64,000 nucleotides of DNA from Trichosphaerium sp. ATCC 40318 (lineage: Eukaryota > Protista > Tubulinea), in assembly GCA_038496445.1 (NCBI GenBank), contig JALMLS010000374.1:1-64000 (forward strand). The letters run 5' to 3'. Below, piece by piece: positions 51,877 to 64,000 of this stretch (its first letter is position 1; every line of letters begins with the position of its first letter). Under the pieces are notes generated by a model. That model was not told the DNA's origin. It did no database searches and worked only from the letters and a program-made list of their open reading frames with translations. The translations under genes were made by a program, and so were the position numbers.

Positions 51877-54800
51877 ATGGCAGAAGAGGTTACAAGTAGG
51901 CGAACTAAACGTGCAAGGAAGAGAGCGCGAAAAGAGGTAAAACACAAAGCTAAAAACTTACTAAATACGCGTTAAATAAGCGTTGTTGTACATGCGCTTA
52001 CTACCCTCGATGTACAAGCGCTATTGAATTACTAAATCCTTTTTTTATCTTCTTGTTATGGTATATTGACTCACGTGCTTAGATTAAATCGAATAACTCA
52101 TCTTTAACTACTACAGATGAATCTAGCGATACAACAACTAAAATTACACTAGCGAATAAAGAAGAACGGGTAAGTATTCATTTTTAATAATAAAAAGTCA
52201 CGTGCTGTTGAAGGCTATTAAAAGAACGCGATTTGTCAGAGTTTGTGCCTTTTTTTTTTTCTTCAACTTTTTCAAAAAAGTTAACGCCTTATAAGGATGA
52301 AAGAAAGGCTAGTTATGCAAACAAGGTTATATACTTTACAAATAATGCCATGAGAGAACAAGCAAAGCTTGATGGTAGCTCATCGATTGATAACGATGTG
52401 GTGCGCTAGTGAACACACTTTTGAACAAATAGTTTTACAACAAAAGTCCAAAAATGAACATGGTTTATGGTAACACGTGCGTTTTAGGAACCAGAAAGTA
52501 TTCATAAAAATAAAAAGTACAAGAAAATCAAAAAGAAATACGCCAAGACTCAAATTGCGCGTCCTGGAAGGTACGAACAGCTTTGTTTTTTGTTGAGATT
52601 TTAACTTTATTTTACCAAAAAAAAACGTTTTGTTGACTTATTTATGTGTTAACACTTTATCAGATGGCGTGGTAGTACGTTTAATAATACCACTGGTGAT
52701 ATTACATCAGGAAAAGAATGGTTCGATTTTTTACGTTTGTTTAATTTCTGTGTACTGCCACAAACCTGTTGTCACTTACACTGCTGATAAGGAATGAGGA
52801 CTTTCAAAAATTAAGGGAATCATACAAATCAGTAGGAAGTTTATGGAAAAGTGGCGATGCCACTGTGTTCCCACAGTTGCAACAAATATCAAGAGATATG
52901 ATACAACTTCTTCAAGAGTTTGAAATTGAAGCAGAGAAGAGTACAAGAACAATTATAGATGAACTTTATATCCCAGATGATAAGAAAACTATCAAACCTA
53001 TTAAAAACGAAGATGGTACCCTTTTCACGTGAAAAAAAAAAAGTTTTGTTCATCCTCACGTGCTAACACGTGGTATTTTTTAGATCAACCTCTGTATGTA
53101 AGCAATTATATTTTCTATAAAGTAGCAGTAGAGACACCATTGTATGGGATAGAAGGCGCGAGAAAAATGGCTGCGCATGAAGTGAAAAGTGCACTTCTTC
53201 TTGCAAATGTCATTGGAAGCGAAACTTTGCTCTCAGATAAGCCAGAGATCGCCGATAAGTTTTCATTCCCTCTTCAAACCATTATTGATTATCGTGGTCA
53301 CCGGGTATCATGCTGTGTAAAGTTACCAGTAAAAGGTGATGTACGTACGAAGAACAAAAACCAGAAAAAAAAATGGAATACAGTTTCGCATTAAACTTCG
53401 TTTTAGAGAACATTGGCTTACGGTTCTGAAGACGCTAAAACTGCAAGTCAATCTAATAAAGAACTCGAGATACTCATGGAAGAATTATGTTTCGTAATGA
53501 ATATAAAAGGCACGTGACTAGTTTTTTTGTAACAGTTAACGATGTATCTTCTATTTCCATAAAAACACAAGTTTATTTACTTCATTTAGAGCATAACGTT
53601 ACAATACCACGATACGATACAATGCACATGCATGGACCAGCTGATTTATCAATACACGTTGGAACAGATGATCGTGTTTACCCTATAAGTACGATAGATG
53701 ACCAGCTCGTTGTATTTTTTGAATAGCATCTCAAGAATACTAATGGTTTGCATAGATGCTGCTCGCCTACTACCACCAACAATGCCAAGTGACCCTGAGT
53801 AAGATTATTGTATTATGTTTATAATTTGACTTGACTTTAGGCCTACAGAAGCAGTATGGTACAATCTCATGCGTCCAGAGTTTCTACGGCAGTATAAAAC
53901 ACCTTTGAGTTCTGACGCTTTGACGCCATGGGGAGAAGACGGTGCAGATATCCACGACGAACAAATACAAGATGCAACAATTTACTTGAAGGCAAGCAAG
54001 AAACCCAGAAATCAAATACAACTTCTGCTTTTGGAAAAAAAAACACGTGTTCCATCTTTCAAACAAATCCAAAAAACCACTAAGTCATAGTTTGAAAATT
54101 TTGCTAATCACGTGCAGGAAAGATCAGTAAAGCTTACAGCATATATTCTTGAAAAATACTATATAAACAGGCAATTGGATAAAATACCATTGAAGAGTAT
54201 TTGTCATTGGACAGGAGTTAATTTACGTTATCTCGGTCTTGTTAGACAACATTTGGTTGTACGCCATTGTTTTCAATATTACTTTAATTAAAAGCTCTCT
54301 AAAACTTATAGTCGTATCATCTTCGTATGCTTCTTCTAACAGAGATGATATCTCGTTGTATTATGAAGGAAATAAGATCAAAATGGAGAGAAGAAAAAGA
54401 TAAATCAAAGATGTCAAAGCTAACAGCTTTCTTGCTTACATCTTTCTTTGAAAAAGATTCCTCGGATGTATGGAACAAGTACGTCAAATGAATGTTTTAT
54501 ACATATGAATACATTGAACATATTAATTTCCCTTTAAGCATTGTAAAGAATGATGTATCAAAAAAATTTGAAGGAGTACTAACTGCAGAAGAAATGAGCG
54601 CAAACTGGGACTTGAAATCACATGTTTGCGTGTCAATGGTTTTGACACGTCTGGAGGCGTTCAATGAATTCGTGCTATCTCAACACGTGTATACACACTT
54701 ACTAAAGGTAAGTATAATTGAAACTTATGATACTGATAAGGATGTAGCATGGTCATTGCAGTTTTAAACAATCAGATATTGTTTCTGTAAATTCCGTTTT

Positions 54801-57800
54801 GAAAAAAAGCTTCTGGACTCCTTACTACGAAGCAGCTAGAACGTATATTGCTATTACGGATCAACCGTTACTTTTAATGCAGATGGAAACGAGCAGCGCT
54901 TTTCAGATAGCCATACAAAGTTTAGAAATGTTTAGGTTTGACGTTCTTATTTTTTTCTTATTTTAATCTTTTTCCTTTCTGTAGAGTTTCGACCGCCATT
55001 TCACCGTATGGCTTTAAGTACGTTGTTTTAAAGTATATTTAATCGTGACATAAACTAGTGATTTAAATAAATGGGGCTATGTGTTGATGAAACTCGGAAC
55101 AAAGAAAGAAGTTATGGATCCAATTCACGAATTTTTGGAGGAATCATTTACTGGGGTAAACCTTAATTCCAGTTTATTACTTGCACATGTTAATGTATTC
55201 AGGTTGACAATCACTGGTATATAATGAGATGTAGTGCAGCTGTAGAAAAGTTCCAATGGTCTCTATTGCTCGAACCGCAATGTGTTGAAGCCAAAGTACA
55301 CTTAGGAACTTTACTTAATCGTATAGGTATACTCGTTTTACTATTGTTTTCTTTGTCCTAATCTTGCGATCATAGGAAGTGATAGAATGGAGTCAGGTGA
55401 CAATCGCGACGGCTTGAGGTATATTGTGAAAGCTGTTGAGCAGTTTTATGGAGCAATGCTGCTCAAACCTGGTACGTTTGAATCACTTTCACGTGTTCAC
55501 TTCTCTTCTTAACTCTACTGTAAACAGCACATACTGAAGCCGCTAATAAACTCACAACTTCAGCTTCTATGCTAGAAGTCGCTATGAAAGCGAGCGGTAG
55601 CTCCAATGCTAAGCCACTTTATAAATTATTGTCTAAAGCCGATGCACGTCCTTGAATTTCATAATCGTAAAACTAACCTTGTGCAAAGGGTCATATGTCT
55701 CAAGCCATTGAACTTATGAGACCCAAAAAAATGTTAAAGGCATTAGAATCATTCTGGGAGGATGACACTCTTGTATGGGTTACATCAGACGAACCTGCGA
55801 TGGCAGTATGGTCTAAGAAGTATAGCAAGTAAGTAAAACAAGTTCAAATAACAAATCTCAACTTTTTCTTGCTAGAGTTATGGAAGAAAATCCAGCACTC
55901 ACAGCAACATTATGTGATTGGTTTCAAAACAAACTTAAAGGAGGGAAGAAGAATAGTATAACACAATATAAGAATGATAACGTAACATATGGATTTCGCA
56001 TGAAGTACGATCAAGATATTCGCGAACTGTTCGAAATTAGATCAACAAGTGCGGACACTGTAACAAGCGTACGAGCCAAGTTTTTTTCCTTTGAGATTTA
56101 GAACCCCACGTGATTGTTTAATTATTTATTAGGGTATAAGAGAACTAGCTAATGCTGTAGCTGGTAATCTAATGAATAAAGAAAACCTCGAAAAGGCCAC
56201 AATATTGATGTCTATAGCTGAAGTCCTTGGAGATGTTGGTAAGTTTTCTTTCGGTTTTTGCTTTCAGCATTCACCGTTCAAAACCATTTGCTTGAAGTTC
56301 TTTTATAATTTCGTTAGGTGCTTTGGGTTATCTTGCTTTTAATATAAGACGTATGGTATCTGAGATAATTGATAAAGAGGCTGTATTAGATAGTGGTGTT
56401 GAAACACTATCACCTTTTTTTAAAGATAGTACAAGTTTCAAAAACCTTTTCGAGTTCGGAGCACTATGTCATGATGCAGCTGCAGCCAAAGCGAATACTC
56501 CTGCAAAGGTTAAGCTTCTTGAAAAGGCATGTGATTACTACACAAAAGCAACAGATACACTAGAAGACGAAGTTGATGCTGGCGACGAAAATGATTCTAT
56601 TAAAGCTTCAGCAGATATATCAGATCTGAAGAATAGGGTGACAGCATATAGTGATAAAGCATGCGCATTGAAGGAGTTATCTACTATTATCATAATGACA
56701 GATCCAACAAAAGAAAAAGGTGCGCAAGTGAAGTTTTATTTTTTTTTTCACACGTGACTGATTTTGCTTAGCTGCCGCTTCTATGAAGAAACAGGCTTAT
56801 GAACTTATTGAAAAATCTTGGGAGATACTTAAGACACCACCTCTTCTTCGTAATATATACTTTTGGTACTCTCAAGATGCAGAAAAGTACCTTAGTCAAG
56901 GAAGAAGAGCATTTGATGATTCCAACACAAAAAAAGCTTTTAAATTAATGAATGCATCTTACGATGCAAGCATTAAAATGGTTGATCTATTATCTCAAAA
57001 GAGGGACGCTCAAGGAGAAGGTAAACGAATCTTTTGTGATTTTTGAAAAATTTTATTGAACACGTGTTTAATTTTTTGTAAAACGTAGATCTTGATGTCA
57101 TTTCAAAAGCTATTCTTGAAGAATGTTCAAGACAATATAAAATAATTGGTTTCAAGTTTTCAAAGACAAGTAACGGAGCATCAAAGAAGCAAATAAAAAA
57201 ATGGTTAGATATGATAGAATTAGCTATAGGATACTTATCAAAGATGGTACATACTTGAATTTTAAAACAAAAAAAGTTAGAGCGCCTACTGCTGATGAAC
57301 AAAAAAAAGTAAATTTTTTTTCAGGATGAGCATTTCGATCAAGTTGGGACATACTTTCTGTATGGAAGCTTTTTATACCAACGTGGACTTGTTATGGAGT
57401 GTTCTAAGTCGACATCAAATAAAATAGAGGTTGGCAGAGTATATGTGAAGGCAAGCATACAGAGTATAACTGATTTAAAGGAGAAGCAGTTTCTTTCAAA
57501 AATTGATTTTTCTTCGTTTTTCTAGGCTGCAGAGAAGTTAACATACGCAATGGTTTTGTTGGACCAGAAAGGATCTCAGATGCTCACAAAAACAGGCATG
57601 ATGTCCGCTGTGACAAATGCTATTGTGAGTGCGTTTGATAGCAAGTATAATGGAGATGAGCAGCGCGCTATGGGATGCTTTAAGAAATCAGGCAATCTCA
57701 TCAAAACGTGGGATGAGCGTACGAAACGGCTATTTGGAGGTGTTGTAGAGCTTATTTTTTTGTTCAGGTTTCTTCGTCTTGACGCGGTTAAAACTCCAGT

Positions 57801-58233
57801 ATTTCGTCGCTGAGAAGGTACATAACGTGCATTGATACTGTGTTATAACGGTTACGGACTTTTAACGCTGTATTAGAGCAAGAAACCTCGTGGTGCCATC
57901 AAACTTGCGGATGTTAAAGAAATTACGTGTGTTACTACAGACACAAAGAAAGGATCTGATAACGCCGGATTCGATATTGTAGTGCCGAATAGGACGTTTA
58001 AGATTATTGCGCTTGATGCAGGTGATCAAGACAAGGTTATAAAGTTCCGTGGTGCCTTGCAAGCGCAATTAGAGAAGACAAGAGCCATGACAAAGGTTGT
58101 TTCGTTCATAAAGACGCTTGGTATGGAGAGTTCGCTTACAGATGCTGGAGTGAAGCTACCATATAATCTACTTACTGGAGAGTTCTTGCAGTGGTACAAG
58201 GAGAACCAAGAAGTCAGTTTTGATATTAAATAA
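51877..58233 (+). CDS. Clu-domain protein with a helical/TPR-like region and a C-terminal PH domain (about 30 exons)
   Basis: Clu motifs IDYRGHRV, AARLLPP, MRPEF...PLSSDA, HWTGVNLRYLG and EMISR. PH motif KSGNLIKTWDERF...PRGAIKL...FDIVVPNRTF. Confidence 0.8.
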
Positions 58234-58444
58234 AGCCAACACTCGCTTTTTCTTTAAAAAAACTTGTTTACGCAGTTGTTGCATAGCTCGCGCATTGTTC
58301 TACAAAATAAGGGCATGTATTTTTGTTCGTTCAAGAAATACCCAAAATATATTCCTATACTCGAATTTGATTGGTCAGTTTATAATCTCGTGAAAGCGTA
58401 AGGAATATTGACCATAATTCACAACTCACCCACACTTTAACACC

Positions 58445-59537
58445 ATGACTGAATACAAACTCGTAATTGTTGGCGGCGGCGGTGTCGGTACGTATTTAAA
58501 CCAAGCGGAAAAGAAAAAAACCAACAAATAATTGTGCTTTTGTACCAAAACTACCTAGGAAAATCCGCATTGACTATTCAATTGATTCAGAACCACTTTG
58601 TAGACGAGGTACGCTGTTTTTTTATAAACTACCGAATCTGGTTCATTACAATTGTGTTGCTACGTAGCACGCCTTGCTATCGTTAGTGTACCATGCAGCT
58701 GTTGTATTCGCCTCTAGACCCAAATTCGTTTTGGTATTTTTTTGCAATTGCTAACTTACTCGTTAGTATGATCCAACTATTGAAGACTCCTACAGGTAAC
58801 CTTACAACCTTTACAAAAAAACTCCTAAACCTTTGTTCAGAAAACAAGTCACAATCGATGACGAAACATGCTTGCTTGATATTCTTGATACCGCAGGTAC
58901 TTAAATATGATATTCGCCGCGTATTTATACGATTTTCAGGACAAGAAGAATACAGCGCAATGAGAGATCAATACATGCGCACAGGTCAAGGTTTCATGCT
59001 TACTTACGCACGTAGTTGCACGATATTTCTTTTTTGGTTTTTTTTGTTCCAAATTGCAGTAGATTTAACGCTCTTGCTTACTCACATACAGGCAATCACT
59101 TCACGAGCTTCTTTTGATGAATTACAACAATTTCGCGAGCAAATCCTTCGCGTAAAGGATGCAAGCCGTGTACCAATTGTTCTTGTCGGTAACAAGAGCG
59201 ATTTGGAAGAAGAGAGACAAGTAACCTCTGTTGAGGGTAACGAAATGGCAAAGACATACAACTGCCCATTCTTTGAGGTATGTGAATACAAACATCACGC
59301 TCAGCGCGCTATTTAATAGTTTTTAAGCTATTCTACCCGCTCTACTCGCATTGCATAACTTTTTACTTACTGTTATTTCCTCCTTAGACATCTGCTAAGA
59401 CACGTATTAACGTTGAAGAATCTTTCTTTGAGCTTGTACGTGAGATCCGTAAAGCAAACCCAGAAACAACTACAAAGTCTAAAAAAAAGGCTGGCGGCGA
59501 TACAAAACGTATGAGACTGCGTTGTACACTCTTTTAA
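58445..59537 (+). CDS. ras: Ras small GTPase
   Basis: [57 protein letters not shown] and the CAAX motif CTLF. Six introns. Confidence 0.97.
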
Positions 59538-59761
59538 AGCCATGTAATATTGGTAATAAACTTTTCTCTATTTATCATCTTACAAAGCATACCGTTACTT
59601 GAAGTACTGTATAGTGTCCTCTCAGTTACCATTCTGCAACACTTTCTTGGTTGCGACACTTAGTGAAACTTGTACTAGTGCGTGACGTTCACATTTTTGC
59701 TGCTTAACAAAACTCATTTGTAACATTTATATATTTACATTAACCAAAAAAAAGTACACGA

Positions 59762-60797
59762 ATGGCAGACATTGGTAAAGCTATAGACACCACTGCTGTC
59801 TCATTTCAGTTAGAAATCTTACAACTTGGTAACGTTTATGGTTTGTTAAACTTTTAACAATTACAGAGGAACGGTTGAAGTCTTTGAACGAACAACGTGA
59901 CGTATCTGAAGCGCCAGAAATTACCAAACAGCGCACAGAGCTTGAAGAGTCTATTACATGGTACAAAACGCGAATAAACACTTCTGGAGCGTCTTGCGCT
60001 ATCTTTAAAACATGTACGACGTCTTTGTTAACTCTTCAGTAAAAAAACTTTCATTTAACTTCGGTTGTAGCTAAAGAGGACTTGTTTAACGCTATTCAAG
60101 AAAAAAATGAGCAAACAAAGGCAACAGTCTCAGTACCATACGTAGGGTCTTTGTTTTTTTTGCACCCAAACACCACGTTTGGTTTGCCTTTTTTGTTTTT
60201 AAGTTTCTCACCTTATTAGGGCCCTCCTGATAACCCAATGCCTCTACAATGGCAAAAAGTACCTTATGGACCACCTGCTTTTTTTCAGAGGCGTAGAGCT
60301 GCAGGACCTACTACACCAATAACCATCCACCAAGGTACCGTCTTTTTTTTTTTTTTTCATTAGTGTGACTGCTTGTTGACGCTGTTCATTTGAAAGGTCA
60401 TTATGAAGGAAAAAAATGGGTGAATGAGCAAGATCATACTGTAATGGTTAACGATAATGATACAATGACACAAGTGAAGAATAGAATTAAAACCGCATTA
60501 GGTACCTTTCTTTTTTTTTTTTTTGGAATTTTTCAAACATACACTGAGTTCAGTTGTTTGTATGCATACACATACAAGACCACATGTATTGATTCAATAC
60601 TTATATGTGATTTTTTTTGTTCTCACTGTTAGTATCTCGGTATCTTATGTTCTTTTTTTTTAGGGCTTGAAACAAATCCAGAAGTTTTTGCTATTAATTC
60701 GGAAAAAATTCGGAATGAACTTGATGATACAGCCACTGTAACTGAATTACAATTGACTAAAATGAACATAAGGTGTATTGCAACTAAACACTCATAG
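59762..60797 (+). CDS. Small coiled-coil + probable ubiquitin-like domain protein
   Basis: An N-terminal heptad helix, then VMVNDNDTMTQVKNRIKTALGL...ELDDTATVTELQL, which resembles a UBL fold. Confidence 0.55.
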
Positions 60798-61292
60798 ATC
60801 CTATACCATTTGCAAGTAAATAAACTAGTTCAGTTGCTTTATGTGTCTTGTTAGGTATTGGTCTTAATCCTATTTGGGGTATTTCCTTGACGTACAATAA
60901 CCGTTCAAAACTGGCCGTTCTAAGAAGTTGACCCGGATTATTGCTAAAGCAGCTTAACGATGTTCAAATTTTTGAGCTCGTTTTGTTCATCACTGTGAGT
61001 GAGCATGATGTTTTTGTTGGGTTTTGTTATTCTAAGAAGATATCTAGACATCTAGAAACTTGTTTTGCTTTATGATCTAGATATTCACAATAAATCAAAG
61101 ACAAGATTGACAAAACAAATAATTTGTCTCTAGGGAGTAGAGATATTAGTTTACTGTTAACAATTAGTTGGAACTTCCAATAAAAATAACAAAAAAAACA
61201 TATTTATTCATGGTGTGTTTGGTTCTTGGTACATATTTGTTGCAACCGTGTTGGCCCTTGATTTTTTACCATTGTTTATTAGTACAAGTATG

Positions 61293-63009
61293 TCACTCTT
61301 CAATATACTTGCTACCAAATTGCTTTATCCTAATTGCAATGATTAGAACACAAACTACAAATAAATAAACTCCAACGCACAAAAGCTCTCCTGTAAGTGA
61401 CCCAACATTAAGCACTCCAACAACAAGGCTGTAGATATTAAAAGTTACGCAAGACAAGCGTCTATTCGATCCAAAGTCGAACTCCTAAATTGCAAATTCC
61501 GTAAGAATTGAAATAACAATGAAAAAAAAAAGCCGTCAGACAGCCATCCAAAGTTTTTAGACGTACATTTATCTTGTCACCATTCCAATCGACAATACGA
61601 ATAAATGTGCGTCCAATGATAGCAATAAATGCCTTGTTAGCTTTTACACTATGATATAAGGAATACTGAGGATCTTTGACCTCTTTAATAGCAACGCCAT
61701 TATCTAGGTCCTATAATTGTAAAAATGTTAAGCTCATCTTTGGTTAAAAATATGAGTGTACCCATATTATACACGTGTTTTCATTGCATACACTTACAGC
61801 TCTATTACCTACAAGGTCAACGCAACGTATCTGCCGTGAGTGATCTGTAAGTGTATAGAGCAAGTCATACGTCTTAGAATCCCACACCTATTATCAAATA
61901 AAGTTAGCTGTTTGTTATTGCCTCAATCCCATTGATGTACACGAAATTTTGAGTCATAGGTGCCAGCTATTATGTACTTATCGTTTATCTTTGCGCTTGA
62001 AACAATAGAACCAACTAAAACCATAATTAAACAATTTTTTTCTTATTTCTATTAGCTTGGCTACCAACAAAGCATTCATTCGTTTGGTCGAACAAGAGCC
62101 TTGTCACAAAATAAACGTACCTTCTAATTTCTTGATGAGTTCTTTTGTATCTCTGTTCCATACATATACATCTGTAGAACCACAAATAACACGATTACCA
62201 AAGGGCATAACACACCTTGAAGAAAAAAAACAAAGTGTCAGCAAAAACTGTTTAGCACATTGTCTCATCTTGCTCTCTCTTTAATTTGCTTACCAAACGG
62301 TTGATCCACATCCTTTATAAGTAAAAAACTTTGTGGTAGCTCTATCTATTTCACGAAATCCGTCACCAACTGCTGAGCAGTACATCTTATCTTGGTTTAT
62401 GTGTACGCCCCAAACTATCTCTTCAAGTCAAAATCTCATATTGTACACAACTTGTATAGCTTTACCTGAGTTTGTATGGCCCACACAGAGTGCTCTCTTG
62501 AGATTAGAAGTGTACAGGACACTTCTGTTGTTTGATAGGCCTAGGTACCTGAATAAGAACTTTATCGTTCGATAATAAGCTTATACATACCAGCAACTAC
62601 AGCGCGGCCATGTATTGCTACGTGACGCAGTTCTCCGCCAAGCAAAGTGGTAGTTTCGGCTTCCTAGTTATAGATAAGCGTTAAAAACACTTAAAGGACG
62701 CTCACGGGGTTGTTGATACGCCAGCGATTTAATATTTGCCAATGATGAGCATAATAAGCTCTCCAAGTGATGCTAGTAGAATATTCTGGCGTTCCTATCC
62801 ATAAACTCACCAAAGACTTGCTTTTCAAGTACCAGAATGGTCTGTTGTAAAAATAAGCAACGGTTTCAAGGTATACACGCCTACTCCCTGTCTAATGATT
62901 TTTTTAACGCTAAAGAAGCGAGGGAGAAGTGTATGAGGTCTGATCCGTCAAGTTGAAGTGCAATTACGTGGCAAAGCTCTACGGGTAATGACAATATATT
63001 GTAATCCAT
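61293..63009 (-). CDS. F-box/WD40-repeat protein
   Basis: F-box ILSLPVELCHVIALQLDGSDLIHF, linker W..Y...I..W, and WD-like exons (VWDSKTYDLLYTLTDHSRQIRCV). Confidence 0.8.
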
Positions 63010-63468
63010 GACAAGCGTTGTGTTGGCTGTACGCAGATTGTTTTTTTGAATTCAGTAAAACTGTAATCGAGAATTTTATGGAAAAAGTCTTCCGAAGTTC
63101 AAACATTTCATAAAACTGAAACTTCAACACCCATGTACGAAAGTGACGTATTGTATTTGGACTCAAAATGGCCTATGGTGTACTACTGGTGTACTGTGTC
63201 CTGTCACTTGTTTGTTAACTTTTAAAACACGTGGTGGTCATAAAAAATGTTGTATTTTCATCCAGTCTGAGAAATACCGTACAACAATTGATAAGCAGAC
63301 AACAACCAAAAAATAGGAGATGTACAGAATTTCAAGTGATTTTCCAAGGCAGATATCTGAGGCATAAGTGATTCACTTCCCTCTATCATGTGCAAGTTCT
63401 TTTATTCTGTACATTGGATGCGTTCACTTTGGAAACTCGAAATCGTAGTAATTATTTCAACAAAAAGA

Positions 63469-64000
63469 TCAATCTTCCTGAGTGGCTGTTGGCTTCGATT
63501 TTTTTTCTTCTTTTTCTTGTCCTTTTAGAACGTTATACCTTGGAAAGTCCTCTCTTTTAGCTATGTTTATTATACTTATAAGCGTACCATAAACCACCCA
63601 ACATTGTTATAGCACATCCAATTATATTATAGAGGGTTACCTAATTGATTAATGAGTAGATAACACAGTGACAATGCAATAAGGTAAACGTACAGGATTA
63701 TGAAGCAATATATATGAAGCGAAAATACTTAGTGCAACCTTGAAATTACCAATCACTGTGTATGTCAAAGATGAAGTAGCACCGATAAGAGTATACATAG
63801 AGATATCTACAACAGTTATGGAACGCACTGTTTTGCACAGAACAAAAATAAAGACGATAACATAAAAATAAAAAAAAAAGGATACTCAGGAGAAACGCAA
63901 TAAAGCCATTAAAACTAAGCCACAAGATGAGTTCTGTAGTTAGTATTGTCGACATTACTGTAGTATATTCGAAAGCATATATGAATGGTATTATACATAC
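63469..64000 (-). CDS. Nucleotide-sugar/triose-phosphate transporter (SLC35/TPT family), 3' part
   Basis: NGFIAFLLNISMYTLIGATSSLTYTVIGNFK, then GCAIT..GGLWY. Confidence 0.8.
63807..63885 (-). other. U12-type (minor spliceosome) GT-AG intron
   Basis: 5' site GTATCCTTTT and branch site TTCCATAAC about 10 nt before the AG. Splicing restores the conserved FLL-N-ISMY frame. Confidence 0.8.

Overview
This is gene-dense eukaryotic nuclear DNA (roughly 35% GC by eye, standard genetic code), probably from an amoebozoan-like protist. That taxon is inferred from gene content only. About 30 protein genes are split by many short spliceosomal introns (mostly about 40-130 nt), so the ORF track shows only exon fragments. 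Housekeeping genes include a P450, a Nudix hydrolase, a 2OG-Fe(II) dioxygenase, an SDR, homocysteine S-methyltransferase, SH3BGR, ArfGAP-PH, USP, a FAD oxidase, a Myb, AIF1/IBA1, a Clu-TPR-PH protein, Ras, an F-box/WD40 protein and an SLC35 transporter. They are interleaved with a 5'-truncated RNase H-containing LINE that has a 14-bp target-site duplication. Standout observations: (1) a dispersed F-box + repeat-scaffold repertoire (four F-box-LRR copies and one F-box-MORN) with hypervariable LRR faces, patchwork mosaicism and homogenised F-box DNA, a candidate recombination-diversified ubiquitin-ligase immune repertoire; (2) strong enrichment of CACGTG, mostly in introns and intergenic DNA beside poly(dA:dT) tracts; (3) unusual splicing, with frequent AAG acceptors, several GC donors and one clear U12-type intron; (4) unusual architectures: PUB + catalytically dead ADP-ribosylhydrolase, Trp-rich repeats + PD-(D/E)XK nuclease, and signal peptide + SET methyltransferase. 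Gene models were spliced by hand and domain calls rest on motif recognition; no database search was run.
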